NCBI GenBank assembly: GCA_965603825.1
Contig: CBFDEM010000022.1
Span: 248,001 to 312,000, forward strand
DNA length: 64,000 nucleotides
Origin: Blepharisma stoltei ATCC 30299
Taxonomy: Eukaryota; Protista; Ciliophora
Direction: 5' to 3'
This document shows, piece by piece, positions 42,656 to 54,259 of this stretch (the first letter of the stretch is position 1; the number at the start of each line of letters is the position of its first letter). A program made the position numbers and the translations under genes. Under the pieces are notes generated by a model that was given only the letters and a program-made list of their open reading frames with translations, did not search any database and was not told the origin of the DNA.

Positions 42656-44401
42656 ATGTCAAAGCATCTGAGATCTAAAAGTTGTCAGAATGTTCGCGAA
42701 ATTTATCTATCATCTGTTCTACAAGATAATAGAAGTTTAGAAATAGCCCTTGCCAAGCTGATTGTAAGTTTCATACAGGACATAATAGACAGCCCGACTT
42801 CAAAATCTCTATTGGGTAGAGCTTTAATGTTCAAAAGTATTCATAGCGACTATTCAGAATATGACTCATTTGGCCACATTTTTCGCCAGCTTGACCAAAA
42901 GTCGTTTGACTACCAAGAATCGCAGCCAGAATTAGAATATAAAAAGCGCCTTGAAGCCTTATTAGAATTTTTAAAATACGAGTGCACACGAATGTGCCCA
43001 AAAGCATTTTACACAGTAATTGAGCGAGTTATTGATGAATTTAGGCCTGCCATATTCTTGAGCCTCTACCATCCTTGTCTTGGCAAAATTTTAAATGAGT
43101 AATAATTATATAGTCTCTCCTTATATCTCAAAACAGACACTTGCCATATTCACTTACTTGCTCTAATAATGGAATTAAAGTGATGGCTAGATAAAAATTT
43201 CGACGAAGAGGTGATTGCTAGAAAAATTCGGAAATTTTTTATCCCCTTATATGGAATTTTAAGCCTTGAAGAGTCTTGAGAACCTGAAGCTCTAAAAGGC
43301 ATTGAAAATATTTTAAATGATGAAAGGGTCGAATATTTACTCAAGAAATACAGCTGTGATCGCGACGAGATCCCCATGGCAATATCTGACCAAATGATCC
43401 CAAACCTTCTCGAATTTGACCAAAATATAAGCTTTTTTAGTGAAGGCTCCATAAAGTCTGATCGCTCATCAAAATCCTTGAAATTGCCTCACTTAAAAGA
43501 AAACTCAATCTCCAAATATAAAGAACTGGCTTTCAGAAGATGCGCCTCTTGTGAAGACTTAAAGATTTCTTCACAAGAGAAAATCCAAAACAATTTATTT
43601 TCTGTTTTGGCTTCCTCGAGCTGAAACTCAAATAATTTTTCTGAAAATCCCTATGTGAGTGATATATATATAGCAATTACTCCTCCTAGCAGGGCGAGTA
43701 CTACATCTATATTTCCCTCTGAAAGCTCTTCATATCATCCTATGATAAACATTTTGCATAGTATCCAAGGGAATTCTGTGCAAGAGGAAGAGGAATTGAT
43801 GAAGCTGGAGCATCCATTTGCGTCAGATATAAACGAAATTGTGTCTTTAGAATCAATCACCCCAATCCCTAGAGAATGGGTGACTTTGCTTGAGTCTTCT
43901 GATAGAAAAATCATATGCAAAGTCCTCAGTTCTAAAGGCTTAGTCTTGATATTAGCATTTTTGTCTTTGCCAGTCCCTTATAAAGAGGTGTTAGCTGTCT
44001 TGCAGCAGCCAAAAAACACCCAAAAAGGGGCAATAAGAGATTTAACAGTTTTAGACGTGTCTTCTTATTATGACATTGTGTCATTCAATTTGATGCCATA
44101 TGGAGGTATAGCTGAGAGAGAGTTTATTTGTAGAAGGATGGCAATAAAAGACTACCCAACTAAAAAGTCTCATATTTTTGTCATGAAAAATATCGATGAC
44201 TTTGAAAATCCAGACAGCAAACTTGCAAAAGGAAAATTGCTGATGTCAGGAACAATTTTAAGGCCAGCTATAAATGGAGGATGCACCATCAGCCATGTGC
44301 ATAAAAGCCAACTTGGCGGGATAATTCCAAAGCCGTTACTTTACAAGTATTATTTGGAACTTATCAGCCAAGTGCTTTCGGATATAGAAAATTCTGTCTA
44401 A
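42656..44401 (+). CDS. START (lipid-binding) domain protein
   Basis: Intron 43099-43113 and three TGA=W join the ORFs. C-terminal IAEREFICRR..GTILRP..GCTISHV..LGGIIPK. Confidence 0.75.
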
Positions 44402-44410
44402 ATAAAAATA

Positions 44411-46384
44411 TTAGATTAATTCTACCATAACACTCGCTTCAGTCTCTTCATCTTCAGCTTCTTCACTTGTTTTCACTGTTTTTTGAGATGTGAAAATCCT
44501 CTTGGAAAGCTTGGTTTTAACAGATTTTGAAATTTTTGAATATGCCTCTTTCATTTCTAAGGTAGAAAAATGTGGAAGATGCTCTTTAAGCATATCAGTA
44601 TTTATCCTATAATTTAGCAGGACTTCTACAGCTTCATCAATTTTTTCTTCGTTTAATAGCTGGATTACCCAGGAATATAAACAATTGGCGTAGTTTTCGA
44701 TACCTTCATTGCAGACGCCTAGGGAAGTGTGCATTAAGCTTTGCTTGGTTTCTATAAAGATTCGGTTTGATTTGTTTAGAGATGATCCTTTTGAGCGTAA
44801 CTCAGGGAATCGTAGGACGTCTATGTATTGGTTTGTAAAGGATGTGGGGATTATTGAGGAAGTCGTGGCGAAATTATGAAGGAGTGACCAATTTTGCTGA
44901 CCTTTTATTTGAGACATGATTATGTCAGATAAGGCTATTGAGTCAGCTGATTCTGAAATGTCAGATAATTTTTCAGTTACGTCTATATAGTTTTCTTGGA
45001 CTAGCATAGGAATAAAATCATAATCAATCAAAACTAAATCAATTTTGCTCTCAAATTTATTTTTTTTTTGGTTAAATAGCTCTTTTGCTGCCTCAAAATT
45101 AGACAAACATACAGCCTTGTCTTTTCCGGAGTTCCTTAAATCGCTTCCTTTTTTCACTAATTCTAATAAATTTAAAGCTTGCCTCATGTCCCCATTTGAA
45201 ATTTGTGCAATTTCTTTGGCTTGGAAGTAGTTAATTTCAAGTTCTTCTTTTTCTGCAATTTCTTTAATTTTATTTGCGATTTCATCTTTATTTGGATTGT
45301 AAAATTTCAAATCTAAGCAATAGTTAGCTAGGGATTTGATTTTTGTGGAGTGCCTATCATTACAAATGCATATAATTGGAATTTTTGTGAGTTTTATTAA
45401 TTCAATTAAGGCAGCATTTCCTCCTTCATCCCCTGTGGTCATCCCATCAACTTCATCCATAATTAAAACTCCTTTTCCAACTGAATGAGGACCTCTAATA
45501 GAAGTGTTCAAACAAAATGGCTTAGCTTTATCAATAATTATCTGTTTGTTGCGAGTATCGCTTGCATTGAATTCTACAGGCTGATATCCGAGGTCTTTTG
45601 TGATTATTCTTGCTGCTGTTGTTTTGCCTATACCTGGAGGACCGCTTATAAGAATAGCACGGGCCGAATATTTGTCATTTTGTTTTCTTTCGGAGATTGG
45701 GCTTTGCCACTTTTTAAACCATTCTAAGAGCTTCTGAATTTGAGGTTTGTTTCCTATTAAATCCTTTAAACATTTTGGGGAATATTTATCAGAAAGTAGC
45801 TCACCTTTTTGAGTCTTTTTGGGAAGAGATTTTAATGGCTTAATAGGAGAGATTATTGATAGAGCTGGAGTTGAAGAATTAGTTTCATCTGAGGCAGGTT
45901 TTGCAGGTCCAAAGTTAAACTGTCGAATTTGCTGTTGTTTTTTTACTACTTTTGGAGAATTATCTTCCAATTTCTCTTTTGAGACCTCAATTTCTTTATC
46001 TTTATCATTTTCCACAAATCTCAAAGACTCATCCACAAAATTTTCTTTATAAATTTCTTCCCTCTGAGGAGTCTTAATTTTCTCTTTTTCCAGCTTATAA
46101 TTCCTATCAGAATAAAGTTTCATAATTAAAGCTTCTTCACTTTCGCTGCTAGATTCGCTATCATTTACTTCTTTTTCCTCAGCTTTTATAGCAATTTCTT
46201 TTTTCTCTTCTTCTAATACTTTTGGCTTTATTGATTTGAAATAATCAAAAGGTGAGATTGCTTGTTTAGGCTCGATTTTGGGGAGTTTTTCGACTTCATT
46301 TGTTTCTTCATGCTTTCTTTTGTGCGAAATTGTGTTGATTTTCTCGCTGGGATCAACTGGATTTAAAAAGCGCGAAATGTTCAT
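44411..46384 (-). CDS. RFC1: Replication factor C large subunit
   Basis: DKYSPKCLKDLIGN, AILISGPPGIGKTT, EFNASDTR, LIMDEVDGM, IPIICICND, GDMRQALN, PMLVQENY, QNWSLL. Confidence 0.92.
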   Translation of the reverse strand: MNISRFLNPVDPSEKINTISHKRKHEETNEVEKLPKIEPKQAISPFDYFKSIKPKVLEEEKKEIAIKAEEKEVNDSESSSESEEALIMKLYSDRNYKLEKEKIKTPQREEIYKENFVDESLRFVENDKDKEIEVSKEKLEDNSPKVVKKQQQIRQFNFGPAKPASDETNSSTPALSIISPIKPLKSLPKKTQKGELLSDKYSPKCLKDLIGNKPQIQKLLEWFKKWQSPISERKQNDKYSARAILISGPPGIGKTTAARIITKDLGYQPVEFNASDTRNKQIIIDKAKPFCLNTSIRGPHSVGKGVLIMDEVDGMTTGDEGGNAALIELIKLTKIPIICICNDRHSTKIKSLANYCLDLKFYNPNKDEIANKIKEIAEKEELEINYFQAKEIAQISNGDMRQALNLLELVKKGSDLRNSGKDKAVCLSNFEAAKELFNQKKNKFESKIDLVLIDYDFIPMLVQENYIDVTEKLSDISESADSIALSDIIMSQIKGQQNWSLLHNFATTSSIIPTSFTNQYIDVLRFPELRSKGSSLNKSNRIFIETKQSLMHTSLGVCNEGIENYANCLYSWVIQLLNEEKIDEAVEVLLNYRINTDMLKEHLPHFSTLEMKEAYSKISKSVKTKLSKRIFTSQKTVKTSEEAEDEETEASVMVELI

Positions 46385-46487
46385 TTATTAGATAAAAGGC
46401 GGTATAGCTCTTGATAAATTGTTTTACTATTTAAAATGTTTTAATAAATTATGCTTTATGTGTATTAATTATTAGCCCTACATATAA

Positions 46488-48788
46488 TTAATCAAGTTTG
46501 TCTTCACTCAAATGCATCCTTTTCGGCTTACAGCTTGGACAATAAAACTCCTTTTCTTCATGCAAATACGGGAATTTCATGCACTCATTATGAAACCATT
46601 CATTGCATTGCTCACACTCAATCATGCTTGTAAATCATTTTCGTTTTTCAAAATCTTCCTCACTTTCATAAGCTCTTTTAAACGTTTGTTCCACATATGG
46701 TTTTCTGCAAATGCAGTATACCTCTTTGGTGTAAACATCTTCTAAGACAGGCACAGAAATCATTGCTTGTACGAGCTTTTGTTCTTTGGCTCTAGCTTTT
46801 TCTTTTTCTATTTCGTCTTTCAAGATGATTTTTTTAATTTTTTTAATCTTTCCCTTAGGTACAAAGGTGCTGGGCTGAACATTTAAAATTCCAAATTCTT
46901 TTTTAATTAAAGGCTGAATAAAAGCTTTATAAAATGTATAACACTCAAATGGCTTTCGGCCAGGAACTGTTATGTTGTATTGCAATATAGCTTGCGGGTC
47001 AAGGGTGTTATAAATAAATGGTTTTTGTACTTCAACACTACTCCGTAACGCATTACTAGCATTTTTTTGCTTAATTATAAAAGAAAATCCATTATTTTTG
47101 TGTTTTACCAAATAATCAAGCTTTTCGTCCATAGCTTTCCATAATTTGAATTTCTCTATGCATGAGAATGGCTCCTTTTCCGACTTCGATTTTTTCTTCT
47201 TTTTGGTTACAGGACTTTTCAATTTCTTTTTCTTTTTTGAAGTTTTATCAAATATTTTTGCAAAATTTATGATATCTTCCACAGTCTTTTTTTCCCTGCT
47301 TTCCAAAACCCTCCTTAATTTTAAAGGTTTATGCAATGGGCAATACATGCCTACTTCATCATACCCAGACTTGTCCCTTGTATTTGTAAATAAATCTTTC
47401 CCACACTCAGGATGATAAGCAGCCTGGCATCTTCCATGCTGGCATTGCAAACAAGCTCCTTCTTTGCTGCCACATTTCCCGCATCTCAAACTAAACCTTT
47501 TCATATCAATTTTCGTTAAATCAATTCCACTGACGTTTAATTTATCAGTAATAGTGGCAGGTTCGATATGCAAAGCACAAAAAACATGAACCCAAACTTT
47601 TTCTGGGTTTCCTTTAAAATCATAGTTGGGGAAACTTAACTCTTTTGAGGTCTGGTGAATCGTTAATTTTATGGCTCCGCCATTTACAGAGCATAAAGCA
47701 CATTTTAAGCTATGTCTTTCTTCAGGGCTGTTAGTTTTTTCACATGCTTGGCAGTATCAATCGTGATCTGGGACGTTAGGGATTCCATAACACTTCATGT
47801 GAGCACCCATTTCACAGCGGGAACAAATAACGATTAAATCATCGTCTTCGTAGTCTCCATCTCCACAAACTCCACATACCCAATCTTCTTCACATTTAGG
47901 AGGACCTCTAAGACCACTTTGGCGTTTTTCTGCATATGAAAACTCATTATCACCTCTGCCTTTCGTTTCAAAATATTTTAAGTATTCTTCATAGTGGCCT
48001 CTTCTGTTTATTTTTTTGATTTCGCCTAGAATCAGGTCATCTTCTTTATTATGTTTAATTTTTTTGATCCCATTATCAACAACTTCTATTGTTTTTCGAT
48101 TTATTTCAGGTTTTAAAGATTCATTGATAAGTCTTTCGTTTTCTTTAGCAATATCTTCATGCTCTTTTTCATAACACTTAATTAAAAAATCAACATCTCC
48201 ATCAAAATACGGCTCTTCGTCCTTCTCCTTTATACAGAAATCAGGGAAGTTTTCTATCATATAAGTGTTTGGAAAATATTGCACACCAATCACATACCAC
48301 AAAATATTGCCCGTATAAACGTTTGGAGCTTTATAATCGTCATATGTTTCTTTTATAATCCTCACTGATTCTGCGTCTTCGCCCACTTTGTGAGCTACTT
48401 GTCTGCTTTGTCATACTCGCTGATATTCGCGCTTTCTTCTGCCATTTGGAAGATGAATATCACACCGAGGATCTTCAAGAGAAAATGAAAAATGAAGAGT
48501 CCAATCCATGCACCAAGGATGGACAACTCTAGAGCACCCATAAGATCTGCAATGCAAAGTCATGCCAGATAATCCACAAATTATACACGATCGATTTTCC
48601 CTGCAAGAAGAATGAGCCAAAGAACAGCTTGGAAGCTGAGTTAGCGGGTTTGTAGCTTTCTCACAAAAGATGCAGTGTTGGCGAGAACTTTTGTTTTCGT
48701 ATTGGGGCTTGATAGATTCTTCAGCTGGGCTGTCACTGGAATCCTCATAAAGAGTTGCCGCGCTTTCCAACATTATAATATCCCCCAT
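46488..48788 (-). CDS. PHD-finger chromatin reader with PHD plus extended PHD (BRPF/JADE/AF10-type PZP) and additional N- and C-terminal PHD-like fingers
   Basis: TGA at 48411, 47757 and 46635 join the ORFs. CGVC..IVICSRCEMGAHMKCYGI..DWYCQAC; CALC..GGAIK..WVHVFCAL..CGKC..GACLQC..YHPEC..YCPLH; YCICRKPY..MIECEQCNEWFHNEC..FYCPSC. Confidence 0.9.
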
Positions 48789-49122
48789 ATGAGCTGATAA
48801 AAATTGGATTCATGCATTTTAGAGGGAAAATTATCAGAATTATAAGAATATAGGCATTATTTTACAATTTTCAGGGAGCAATACTTAAGATAAATCTCAC
48901 ATGTGTTGGATTGTTTTATAAGCGTTTTATGCATCATAAATTTTCCAAGTCACAAAAAAAGCTGCCTATTTTTAGCAATTTAAGTTTTAATGGAATATTT
49001 TCACTATAAAACATGTGAATAAAAAATGAATTTTTTATCAATTTTCTCCATTTCCTATAATTTTTGATTGCTTTCTCATTATTAACTACAAATTATTAAA
49101 ATTACTCCTAATCAGATGTAAA

Positions 49123-49950
49123 TTATATAATTTTATAAAACTTTTTGAAATTCTCTAACCACTCCTCAGATATAACTGGATTATTATCATCCAACTTTGC
49201 CAATTTTTCCGCTTTTTCTCTTAGCGCAGCTGAGGTATCTTGGATTGTATCTTTATGCAAGTTATATCAGTCATTCAAGCACTCATCAATATCCCTAAAG
49301 AATTTATTGATCTGTCCTTTTAAGTTTGACTTATAAAGATGCTCTACATGTGAAGCTTGAAATAGTTCATTTTTTATTTTATCTCTTCATCTCACTATAT
49401 TTATTGAAGGAATTTCAAGTCCTTTAGCTGTTTCATTGAGTCTCCCGTTCTTCATATATTCTCTTACAGCTTGGATTTTTCGAGCGGTTGAGTATGTATT
49501 GACATATCTTTTTTCGTCGCTTGTTTTTCTAATTTTTCTAGGTCTCGGGGCAAATTCTTCACCATTTAAGTGTTTTTCTTTAGTCTGGGAGCGTGATTCT
49601 TTGTATTCTTTAAAAGATTCTGGGGTGACTTGTGCGTTAGAATCTTCGACTTTTAGAGAATCCTTGTCAATGCTCGACATATAGTCGTTTTTAAGAGAAT
49701 TTATGATGCCTTCACTCAAGCCTCAATCACGGCTGGCACCTTTGGAGCCTTTTCTTACTGATGTTTCAAGTATCATTTCACGAGTTTTTTCCAATAGTGG
49801 AAGATTCCCGAATTCTAACGCACTTATTCAGCGCTCAACATTTTCTGATGAGACTGAGAATTTTTTAACTGTTTTTGGGATGCCGTTAATAATGGCATAT
49901 CTTGCAATTTGGCTTTGCTTTTTAGATGCAGAATGGGGCTCTTCAGTCAT
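49123..49950 (-). CDS. Multi-HTH DNA-binding protein ending in a CENP-B/Tc5-type HTH, no transposase catalytic domain
   Basis: Four TGA=W give one 275-aa frame. YSTARKIQAV..NETAKGLEIPSINIVRW and IDECLNDWY..LREKAEKLA..SEEWLENFKK. Confidence 0.75.
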
Positions 49951-50192
49951 TTTTGAGGTTATGAATTATTAGAGGGCATAAGGGAAATTATATTAAATGT
50001 TAATAAATTATTTATCAATTGTTGCTGTAATTACAATTGCAAAGCCTTTCAATAAAATCTATTGAATTCAATATTAAAACAACTTTTATTTTATTAGCAG
50101 ACCATCTAATAATTTTATTTTCTCTTATCTAACAATTTTTAGTAATCCCCTTTTTAAATTTGCAAATAAAATATTGAAAACGACTATTTAAT

Positions 50193-50585
50193 ATGGGTAT
50201 AACAACCTTATCATTTTTATGTGCTTTACTATCTTTATCAATATCCCTACAAAGTAAAGAAAATCATTTGTTCGCAACTCCATCATTTTTAGATGTATCA
50301 GATACTGAAGCAGACTTAGAATCATTACAAAATACAACAGATTCTCAAACTATAATCACAGATGACGATGTGGATGAAGCAATTCCTGTGTTTTCATCAA
50401 GCCAACCATATGATGAACAGCAAGGGGATATGACTGATAATGATGTCGAAGATTATGTGAGTTTGGCCTTAATAACGCCGACTGAAGATGCTGAAGGATT
50501 GACCTGGCAGGATATTGAAGGGACTGATGATATTGATGAAGCTGTAGAAGGATCTGATAACCCTGATGCAGGAGCTTGGGTATAA
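50193..50585 (+). CDS. Small secreted acidic protein
   Basis: Signal peptide MGITTLSFLCALLSLSISL followed by a D/E-rich mature part. Confidence 0.7.
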   Translation: MGITTLSFLCALLSLSISLQSKENHLFATPSFLDVSDTEADLESLQNTTDSQTIITDDDVDEAIPVFSSSQPYDEQQGDMTDNDVEDYVSLALITPTEDAEGLTWQDIEGTDDIDEAVEGSDNPDAGAWV

Positions 50586-50863
50586 AGGTAAAAATCAATC
50601 ATATTTTGGAAATAAAGTTTGATAAAATTTAGTTTAAAAATGAGAAGTTTATTAAAAACTAACTGCAAGCAATTCATGATTGAATTCAGTTAATATTTAT
50701 CGCTTTTTCATAATGCCAATAATTTAATGGCTGCTCATGTTAACTTTTAATGCAAGATATAGCCAGTTTTAATCTTAATGCTTATTCATATCTTTAATGA
50801 TTTACTAAATAAGCGTCTTAATTCTATTTATCAATATGCTATGCCATTAAAAAGTATTTTAAA

Positions 50864-51406
50864 ATGTTGAAATCTATATCAAGGACTTTTGGATATATCC
50901 CCAAAAACGAAATTCTTTTTACTCGAGGCAAATATAAAGTTTTAGAGAACAAAAGTATAAATTTCATAGGAGCAGGTGCCAACTTCTTATCATTAGGAAT
51001 GTTTTACAAATTCGCTTCAGGAATATATCATCATTACTCAACAATGAGTACGCTCGCTTTTGTTTTTGATTCTACAGTATGCTTTGGAGCAGGTTTACTT
51101 TCATTGAGTATTGCAGGTGCAGTGGGTGGTATTGTATCAAAACTATGCTTATTAGAAAATGGGAACATTGAAGTTACTACAGCTGCAGTTTGGGGATGGC
51201 CAAGAAAAACGATAATAAGCCAAGCTGATCTTGTGGATACTGCAGCAGATAAAGATATTGTTGAGAGAGCTAAAAAGAGAGAATCATTGGCTATCGCTAC
51301 TAAATATAAAACATATTATTGACTTTTCCCATATGGAACTAAGGTTAAAGATAAACAAATAGCTCACTGCTTCTTAAAAGGGATTGAAGTTCAAATAAAC
51401 CAATAA
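50864..51406 (+). CDS. Probable mitochondrial two-TM membrane protein (TMEM70/186/223-like)
   Basis: MLKSISRTF presequence-like start and two hydrophobic segments. TGA 51320 = W, TAA 51404-51406. The family call is tentative. Confidence 0.55.
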
Positions 51407-51461
51407 ACTTAAGTCTTAGGTTTGAGATTAAATCTTTAAAAATCAATTAATAAAATTAAAT

Positions 51462-52445
51462 TTATTTTAAACCAAATTGCGTGCCAAGAATATAGCTAAA
51501 ACTGAAACCAAATATCAGGCAAACAATTGTAAATTCTAAAACTGTAGGTTCTCTATCTTGGATATTTAACAGCTCACGATCAAGGTTACCTGGAATCTCT
51601 AGTCTTTCAATTTCAATGGTTTCTGAAGCTTTTTCACCTATCTCTTCAATAGCATTCTCATCTTCATTCTTTTCAGAACTCTCTTTTTCTTTTTGTTCGC
51701 TTCTCTCCTCTAATATTTTAATATCATTAACCAAATTCATAATTTTTTCGTCTTCCTGTCTACATTCATTCAGTACATTTTTATATTGTTTAATTTTTTC
51801 TATATTAATATCTCTCATTTTTGAAATTTCTGATATAGTTTCATTTATCCTTACATAAAATCCATAAAAATATGAAGCAAGCTCTTCTGATCTTTCTGAT
51901 CATATTAGCTTCCTGATTGATAAATCATCGATTTTCTTTATAGAAGCTTTAGATTTTTCCACAATTTCAAAAAAATGCTGGAGTATGGCTGATTCTTTAT
52001 TATATAAATCATTTAGATTTTTTACATCAGAAATAATCATACTTCTTTGCGCTTTCTTGTGATCAAGCTTTTTATTAATAAGCTTTATTTGCTTGGAGAC
52101 TAAATCTTTAATGGCATCTTTTTTCGAGTTTTTTATCTTTATTGGAAATTCTTGTACTTTATCTTTTGGCTCAGGATTTTTTTCCCGACCAGCAGTGGTT
52201 GATAAAGTTTGATTTTCCTTGGAAATATTTTTCCCAAACTCCTTCCATTTATCACCAATATTATCTGATTTGGGCTTATCCATCATTGGCATTGCTACTT
52301 TTACTTTTTGTATTTCTTTTGGGATTTCCATAGCAATTAGCAAGCTATTGAATGCTCATCTATTAAAGCGGGCCCCAATTACTCCTAATATCTTCTTGTT
52401 TAGATGTGTGAATATTATATCAGTTCTTGCTAACTTCTCAGACAT
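51462..52445 (-). CDS. Coiled-coil protein with C-terminal TM (tail-anchored)
   Basis: Two TGA=W join the ORFs from ATG 52445. C-terminal FTIVCLIFGFSFSYILG. Confidence 0.7.
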
Positions 52446-52515
52446 TTTCTATTTATTTGATAATTAATGATTTAAAATAAAATAAAAATACTATGATTTT
52501 CTTATTATTTTCTCA

Positions 52516-53904
52516 TTAATTATCATCTTCTTTGTTTTCTTCAGGTGGCTTTGGTACTACATTTACTACACTAACTAAGTTTTCAGACTCGCTTTGTTCT
52601 TTAATTTCAAGGACTTGCTCAATTGGTTCTCTGCATATCATGCATTTGCATTCTTTCTTTACTAGTTCGCTTCCACATGAAAAGCAAATCCCAGCATGCC
52701 CGCACTGCATGATAACTGCATTAGGGGGATCTATACAGCAAATGATGCAAAGTCTATCTTCAATACTCTTACTCACATCTTCATCTGATTTATCTGCAAT
52801 TAAAGAATTAACTTGAATCTCAATGCTGTTTTCTTTATCTGCATTGTTTGCTTGACTTGTAGATGCTCTCTTAATGCTTGCTGATTCAGTTTCTGTTGTT
52901 GGCCTATAAAATGTGTTAGAAATTCTTTTAAGAAATTTGGGAGGATCTTTAAAGAGTATAGCAATTCTATGTGTGAAACCTAATTGATGTTGTAAATCAC
53001 TGTAATTTATACTCCCAATAGGGACTTCAGCATATCTTGAATTGAAAAACATGTCAAACCACTTAACAAGATACTCGAAAAACAGAAAAGTATAAATAAC
53101 AAAGATTACAATAAAAAGTACCCCAAATCCTATAGCAATAGACATCTGGCTGAGTTCACCATCATCAAAAACATCTGCCAGCATATAAAAATTCAGAAAT
53201 GAACTTCCTGCTGATCCCAAAATAGTAAACCAACCCCAAAAAGGGCAAATTAAATCTAAACAAGAAGCTTTACCCCTGAGACTTTTGCAGAAAATGCTTA
53301 TATTCAAAAAAGTCCCTCCAATGATAGCAATAATCATTATCATATCTGCAGCATAAATTGGTCAAAACACAAAATGCCAATTTCACTTAATAAGATCATT
53401 GAGTTTTAGACTGGCAAATAAAAATGCTACAGAAAACATCCATCGACTGCAGAATTTCAATGAATATGACAAATTTAAGCACTCTATAGAAACGCTGTTC
53501 CTGATCCCAATAGATATTATATTTGATATGTATAGAGGAATCCCTGCAATTGCAATATTGAAGTTTGAAAAATTAATACAAAATATTAAAAGCACCTTGA
53601 AAAGAAAGGCTCCTATTGCTGCAATAATTTCTCTTATATAAAATTTTTGAGGGATTGGAGAATTTTCTTTATTGATTTTAAAACAAATTTGAATCAGATC
53701 GTAGATATTGTAAACAAAGAGAGGGATAAGTGGGATTTCCAGCGGCATTGAACTGCTTGCAGATATTAGTAAGAGTATTAATGCCCATCCAATTGCAATT
53801 GCCTGAACCAATCAGTTTCTTAATAAATCCCTAATTATATCTCTGTAAGGTCCATGCACTGCTGAATCATCGATACTTTCTATGTGCGGGAGTTGTCCGT
53901 TCAT
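52516..53904 (-). CDS. Multi-pass membrane protein with C-terminal RING (C3HC4) domain
   Basis: Three TGA=W join the ORFs from ATG 53904. WNWHFVFWPIY resembles TMEM185-type repeats. CIIC..CGHAGICFSC..CMICR. Confidence 0.8.
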
Positions 53905-54259
53905 ATTAAATCTTGTGAAATATATATCAATTTTAAGATCAGTGAAAAATTTTTGTTGAAAATAATGATTTCTTATATTATCTTAAATAAAATTAATTAT
54001 TAGTATTTTTATAGTAATAAATAAATTATCGATAATAAAATTGGCTTTTCTTATGCTTTGGGCTAAATGATTTCATTTTATTTTGTTTAAATAAATTCTC
54101 TTGAAAATTATTATGGCTTTATAAAAAATGAATGATGAATATACTATCCCTAACTGGATCTTGATGAATCTAAAATTCTGACCAAAAAATACTTTATAAA
54201 GTCAATAGATTTTCTGTAGCTTAACTAATAATGCTTCTAAGCAAATTAATCCTTAATAA

